DNA of 9,695 bases from Fonticula alba ATCC 38817 (lineage: Eukaryota; Protista; Nucleariida), in the NCBI GenBank assembly GCA_000388065.2, contig KB932230.1, one strand, 5' to 3'. Each line of letters opens with the position of its first letter. Position 1 is the stretch's first letter. The position numbers and the translations under genes were made by a program. Below are positions 7,201 to 9,695 of the stretch, in pieces. The notes beneath the pieces were generated by a model. It saw nothing but the letters and a program-made list of their open reading frames with translations. It did no database searches and had not been told where the DNA came from.

Positions 7201-8551
7201 CAAGAATCGCCTTGGGCTGGCCGAGTTCCACAAGGACATCCTTGGGGCCATCCGCGAGCGCAATGTCCTGCGGGAGCTGGCGCACCCGTTCGTCGTGTCC
7301 TACTATGGGAGTTTCCAGGACGAGCGGCATCTCTTCATCCTGATGGAGTACATTGTTGGTGGCGAGGTGCGTCATGTGGAGGGCTTTTCCCCTCTGCCGG
7401 GCTGGGTGCCGGCTCTGGGTGATCTTACTGTGCCACGTGTGCTGGTCTCCCCCCCCCGGCCGCCACTCCATTTTCCTCTTCTCGCCCTTTTCTGACTCCC
7501 CCCTCGCTTGCCGGATTTGCCTGCACCCTCTGGAAAATGGCCACCATCCCTCCTCTCTCTCTCTCTCTCTCTCCCTCTGTCGCTGGGTGTGCCTCACTCG
7601 CAGATGTACACCCACCTCAAGGCCGAGCACCATTTCAGCGAGGCACGCGCGCGCTTCTACACCGCCGAGCTGATCCTCTTCCTGGAGTACCTGCACCAGC
7701 GCGGCCTGGTGTACCGGGACCTGAAGCCGGAAAATATCCTCATCGACGCGCAAGGGCACATCAAGGTCACGGACTTCGGCTTCACCCGGAGTCTGGTGCC
7801 CCGGCTGCCGGGCAGCGGTGATGGCCAGAGCACCGACACCGGGGGCTTGATCGGCTCCTCGGCGGTTGGCGGGACTGGCGGCGCGGCGGCGACGGCGGCG
7901 GCGGCGGCGGCCCCGGCCCCGCGCATGCTCGCCGGCGGCAGCGGCCCCCAAGGTGTCCTCATCCAGGCAACGCAGTCTTTCTGCGGCACGCCGGAGTACA
8001 TTTCGCCGGAGATGATTCGCAAGAACTTCTACACCTTCTCCACGGACCTCTGGTCGCTGGGCATCCTGGTGTATGAGATGCTCACTGGCGCCACGCCCTT
8101 CGCGCGCAGCCGCTCGCTGGAGGAGCTGTATGTGAACATCCTGCGCGCACCGATCGGCTACCCGAACACCATGAGCCCGCTGGCCAAGGACTTCATCCGG
8201 TCGCTGCTGCGCAAGGCTCCAGATGACCGCCTCGGCACGCGCCGGGGGATGATTGAGCTCCAGGAGCACCCCTGGTTCCGGGGGATCTCCTGGGAGCATC
8301 TCCGCCGTCGGGAGGTCGAGCCGCCCTTCGTGCCGCGCATCATGGGCGAGACCGACACCACGTACTTCCTAAGTGCGGCAGGGCCGCCGCCGGGGGCGGC
8401 CGCCGGGGGCAACCCCGGGTCGGCCGCCTCGGCTGCTGCCCCTCCGGCTGGACCCACCTTCTCCAACAGCGTGTGGGCTGACCATACGCTGCCTTCAGAC
8501 CCGAAGCGCCTTGCACCTGAGGTGTACACCACGCTCTTTGAGAGCTTCTAG
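1034..8551 (+). CDS. 7-exon gene for a 2212-aa protein: tandem degenerate alpha/beta-hydrolase domains fused to a C-terminal PKA-C-like AGC Ser/Thr kinase
   Basis: Splicing at six GTGCGT...CAG introns gives one uninterrupted frame of 6639 nt (intron phases 1,1,0,0,0,0). Two junctions fall inside recognisable domains and restore them: hydrolase ...ESVS|MNNL... and kinase ...MEYIVGGE|MYTHL.... An in-frame TAA at 977-979 lies upstream of ATG 1034, and TAG is at 8549-8551. Third codon positions are strongly G/C. Confidence 0.9.
1278..1448 (+). other. Spliceosomal intron 1 (171 nt)
   Basis: GTGCGT...ATGCACAG, branch-like TTCTGAC 1367-1373, C16 run 1425-1440, no internal AG. Confidence 0.78.
1449..1826 (+). 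CDS. Exon 2 (LSLISWREIPP...APTLPITT), Ala/Pro/Thr/Ser-rich linker
   Basis: Internal part of ORF 1376..1903, bounded by CAG (1446-1448) and G|GTGCGT (1827). Phase 1 at both ends. Confidence 0.8.
1827..1967 (+). other. Spliceosomal intron 2 (141 nt)
   Basis: GTGCGT...CCCACAG, branch-like TGCTAAC 1898-1904, no internal AG. Confidence 0.85.
1968..2341 (+). CDS. Exon 3 (GGAAPLDGW...YPLDNPA), including acidic tract DDDDDDSFEEF
   Basis: Part of ORF 1943..3037, between acceptor CCCACAG (1967) and donor GTGCGT (2342). Phase 1 in, phase 0 out. Confidence 0.85.
2342..2447 (+). other. Spliceosomal intron 3 (106 nt)
   Basis: GTGCGT...CAACCAG, branch-like TCCTAAC 2389-2395, C10 run 2408-2417, no internal AG. 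Confidence 0.85.
2448..2567 (+). CDS. Exon 4 (AMMGSLQSF...EQRHYFAC), 40 codons
   Basis: Part of ORF 2238..2627, between acceptor CAACCAG (2447) and donor GTGCGT (2568). Phase 0/0. Confidence 0.82.
2568..2670 (+). other. Spliceosomal intron 4 (103 nt)
   Basis: GTGCGT...TTACACAG, branch-like CCCTAAC 2622-2628, no internal AG. Confidence 0.85.
2671..3540 (+). CDS. Exon 5 (ILDQNGTIL...VVESVS), most of hydrolase repeat 1
   Basis: Part of ORF 2566..3612, between acceptor TTACACAG (2670) and donor GTGCGT (3541). Phase 0/0, 290 codons. Confidence 0.9.
2881..3935 (+). other. Protein domain: alpha/beta-hydrolase repeat 1 (Hydrolase_4/MAGL-like), nucleophile Ser absent
   Basis: DAGIKLAFHLFEP; ELQGYGQSDGRR (cf. 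DxRGHGxSxG); WRDLRSFIRHL; PVVLGGAFRFSGLVLNY at the nucleophile elbow; FFLAP; WIGENDE (Asp 3752); ILPDLGHFAIL (His 3869). Assigned by eye from motif order. Confidence 0.8.
3541..3661 (+). other. Spliceosomal intron 5 (121 nt)
   Basis: GTGCGT...GCTCCAG, branch-like ATTGAT 3608-3613, C12 run 3559-3570 and C10 run 3624-3633, no internal AG. Splicing joins the two parts of hydrolase 1. Confidence 0.88.
3662..7366 (+). CDS. Exon 6 (MNNLLATRP...MEYIVGGE): end of hydrolase 1, linker, hydrolase 2, kinase N-lobe
   Basis: Part of ORF 3479..7495, between acceptor GCTCCAG (3661) and donor GAG|GTGCGT (7367). Phase 0/0, 1235 codons. Confidence 0.9.
4980..7010 (+). other. Protein domain: alpha/beta-hydrolase repeat 2, split by long low-complexity inserts, Ser and His absent
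   Basis: VVAILLGG; ERIRHLVRHM; PGCPIVLVGHGVGAA (G-H-G-V-G, 5663-5677); YSRWPEREPIHGLVQLAP; WSGDADEL (Asp 6506); ELLHGTSYFSIL (Tyr 6947 at the His position). Motifs are colinear with repeat 1. Boundaries approximate. Confidence 0.7.
6275..6307 (+). repeat. Coding CAG-rich repeat (QHQQQQQHQQQ)
   Basis: CAG/CAC/CAA codons in exon 6, inside an insert of hydrolase repeat 2. Confidence 0.9.
7367..7603 (+). other. Spliceosomal intron 6 (237 nt)
   Basis: GTGCGT...CTCGCAG, branch-like TTCTGAC 7490-7496. Splicing gives MEYIVGGE-MYTHL, matching the PKA hinge pattern MEYVxGGE-[LM]FSHL. Confidence 0.95.
7553..7572. repeat. (CT)10 microsatellite in intron 6
   Basis: Read directly. Confidence 0.95.
7604..8551 (+). 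CDS. Exon 7 (MYTHLKAEHH...TTLFESF*): kinase C-lobe and AGC C-terminal tail
   Basis: Part of ORF 7508..8551, from acceptor CTCGCAG (7603). Contains YRDLKPEN, DFG, SFCGTPEY, DLWSLG and HPWF. Confidence 0.95.
   Translation: MYTHLKAEHHFSEARARFYTAELILFLEYLHQRGLVYRDLKPENILIDAQGHIKVTDFGFTRSLVPRLPGSGDGQSTDTGGLIGSSAVGGTGGAAATAAAAAAPAPRMLAGGSGPQGVLIQATQSFCGTPEYISPEMIRKNFYTFSTDLWSLGILVYEMLTGATPFARSRSLEELYVNILRAPIGYPNTMSPLAKDFIRSLLRKAPDDRLGTRRGMIELQEHPWFRGISWEHLRRREVEPPFVPRIMGETDTTYFLSAAGPPPGAAAGGNPGSAASAAAPPAGPTFSNSVWADHTLPSDPKRLAPEVYTTLFESF
7883..7912 (+). repeat. Coding GCG repeat (AAATAAAAAA) in the kinase activation-segment insert
   Basis: GCG codon run between DFG and SFCGT. Confidence 0.9.
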
Positions 8552-8618
8552 CTGCGCGTTCGCACATGTGCATGCATATGACGCGCCCGACACAGACACA
8601 CCCACATACATAGGAGCG

Positions 8619-8651
8619 AAAAAAAATAATAATGATAGTAATAATATGTAA
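8619..8651 (+). promoter_or_regulatory. A/T-rich island (A8 TAATAATGATAGTAATAATATGTAA), candidate 3'-end processing signal
   Basis: Starts 68 nt after the stop codon and is the most AT-rich stretch in the window. It contains AAATAA/AATAAT but no canonical AATAAA, and GT-rich sequence follows. Confidence 0.45.
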
Positions 8652-8881
8652 GTGTGCGTGCGTGTTTTTGTGCGCGTTGGTGAGCGCGCCCGGACCGGTT
8701 CTCTCGTGACGCGAGTGATGTCAACTGGCCTTCCTCGCCCGAGTGGGCGTCTCCCCCCCACCGTTGAAGATCGCTCTGCCGCACGAGCGCATATGCCTGG
8801 CTCTGCTCCTTCCTCTTCCCCCTTCCTTGTTCCTCTCCCGCCTGTTCTGTGTCCTTGTTCCTCTGCCCCATACACTTGTCT

Positions 8882-8907
8882 TGTATGTATGTGCGTGTAT
8901 GTGCATG

Positions 8908-8945
<38 letters not shown>

Positions 8946-8946
8946 C
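8882..8946. repeat. Compound GT/AT/GC microsatellite with (GT)12 core at 8915-8938
   Basis: 65 nt of unbroken purine-pyrimidine alternation. Confidence 0.95.
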
Positions 8947-9630
8947 CTTATCCTGTGACGGGTGTGAGCAGGGTTGTTTTGATCTCGGGTGTCCGGCCAG
9001 GCGTGCATGATGTCTACCCGGGTCCCTACCCCCAGCCATGGTGGCGCCTTTCTCTGTCTCTCCCCCTCTCCCTCTTTGGCATCCAGCTAGCGAGAAAAAA
9101 GAAGGAGAGGCGAGGCGAGGGCGCGCGGTCGCCGGGGACCGCGCTTGGGACGGGTGATGCTTGGTTAAGGCAATGCCGGGTCCGCGAGCGAAGGTCGCGG
9201 AGGAGCAGGGGCTGTGGGGCCGGCCAGGCGCCCCTTTCCCCGCAACAAGGCTTAGCGGAAGTCCCACGAGGGAAAGGAATATTAGGCAAATATTAATTGG
9301 CCGATGAAAGGGCCAGCGCCATTCGCCCATCTATCGGCCCCATTTCCGGATGAACATCTGATCTCGCTAGCACAGATGAGCAGCTTGTCCAATTTCGACC
9401 GTAGATCAGGGGTGCACATGCTCAGCGGGTCTCGAAAATACTCTTCACGGATGATCGGCCCGGCAAATCTAACTTCTGGCCCCCGGCCGGGGGGGGAAAA
9501 CGATCTTGCGTTCCCACACGGCCGCCAGGCGGGCTGGGCGCTTCGCCCTCGGCGTCGCGCGTGCCCTCCCCAGGGCAACCGGTCAGGCATCCTCCTTCAA
9601 CAACGACGCCCCAAGAGCCTGCTCCCGCCG

Positions 9631-9648
9631 CCCCCCCCCCCCCCCCCC
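9631..9648. repeat. C18 homopolymer
   Basis: Read directly; followed by AG. Confidence 0.9.
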
Positions 9649-9695
9649 AGCGCCCCTCCCGCCCTCGTCGCCTGCTGGCCCCAGGGGGCGAGGGC

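Larger units (their letters stand above)
7103..8548 (+). other. Protein domain: AGC-group Ser/Thr kinase, PKA catalytic-subunit-like, apparently catalytically intact
   Basis: GRGAFG 7124-7141; beta3 Lys (MAMK) 7190; alphaC Glu (IRERNVL); YRDLKPEN 7712-7735; DFG 7772-7780; SFCGTPEYISPE from 7976; PPFVP tail motif; terminal FESF* like the FxxF C-terminus of PKA-C. Confidence 0.95.

Noticed and set aside
3479-7495. 1338-aa ORF taken as a complete stand-alone gene
   Set aside because: Its first 61 codons are out-of-frame exon 5 and intron 5, and its last 43 are intron 6. It would encode half a kinase; only 3662..7366 is exon.
7040-8299. 419-aa minus-strand ORF over the kinase
   Set aside because: Codon-aligned antisense of the kinase exons that runs through the intron 6 (CT)n repeat as REREREE; typical of GC3-biased genes.
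8648-8663. GTAAGT and overlapping GTGCGT donor-like sites in the 3' flank (3'-UTR intron)
   Set aside because: Embedded in GT-rich repeat-like sequence with several AGs soon after and no clear branch/CAG pair.
9035-9157. Strong Kozak GCCATGG starting a 39-aa ORF (MVAPFSVSPP...)
   Set aside because: Short, low-complexity, and without a splice donor or other support.
8548-9330. ORFs 8652..9296 (+, 214 aa) and 8548..9330 (-, 260 aa)
   Set aside because: Both translate the (GT)n microsatellite (CVCVCV / HTHTHT) and pyrimidine tracts; no coding-like codon bias.
9340-9460. ATGA/CTGA motifs suggesting a box C/D snoRNA
   Set aside because: No full RTGATGA box C with a properly placed terminal CTGA and closing stem.
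9282-9590. 102-aa minus-strand ORF with a protein-like middle (EVRFAGPIIREEYFRDPL...) as the last exon of a convergent gene
   Set aside because: Many A/T-ending codons (GTT, AGA, TTT, TAT, CTA, AAA), unlike the main gene. The candidate acceptor at 9476-9478 is preceded by several minus-strand AGs, breaking the local intron pattern. Not fully excluded without homology search.
1-9695. CRISPR array, transposon, rRNA or tRNA
   Set aside because: No regularly spaced repeats, terminal repeats, transposase or reverse-transcriptase motifs, or cloverleaf/rRNA signatures seen.

Overview
This is GC-rich eukaryotic genomic DNA. I see no prokaryotic operon, CRISPR array, rRNA, tRNA or mobile element. One 7-exon + strand gene fills most of the window: join(1034..1277,1449..1826,1968..2341,2448..2567,2671..3540,3662..7366,7604..8551) = 6639 nt = 2212 aa + TAG. 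The ORF track splits it into seven separate ORFs. The protein reads: Gly2 N-terminus, Pro/Ala/Ser-rich and acidic linkers, an unidentified ~120-aa beta-rich-looking segment, two tandem alpha/beta-hydrolase (Hydrolase_4/monoacylglycerol-lipase-like) repeats that both lack the G-x-S-x-G nucleophile, and an intact PKA-catalytic-subunit-like AGC kinase ending in FESF*. All six introns start GTGCGT, end CAG and are almost free of AG. In five of the six, the TGA/TAA of the best branch-site candidate is the first in-frame stop codon if the intron is retained. The flanks hold microsatellites, a (CCCCCG)n G-quadruplex-prone repeat and a few recurrent motifs, with no second gene I can support. Composition and intron style suggest a GC-rich unicellular eukaryote (possibly Fonticula-like), but that is an unverified guess. 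The main candidate for new biology is a tandem pseudo-hydrolase / PKA-like kinase fusion that could act as a ligand-sensing kinase.
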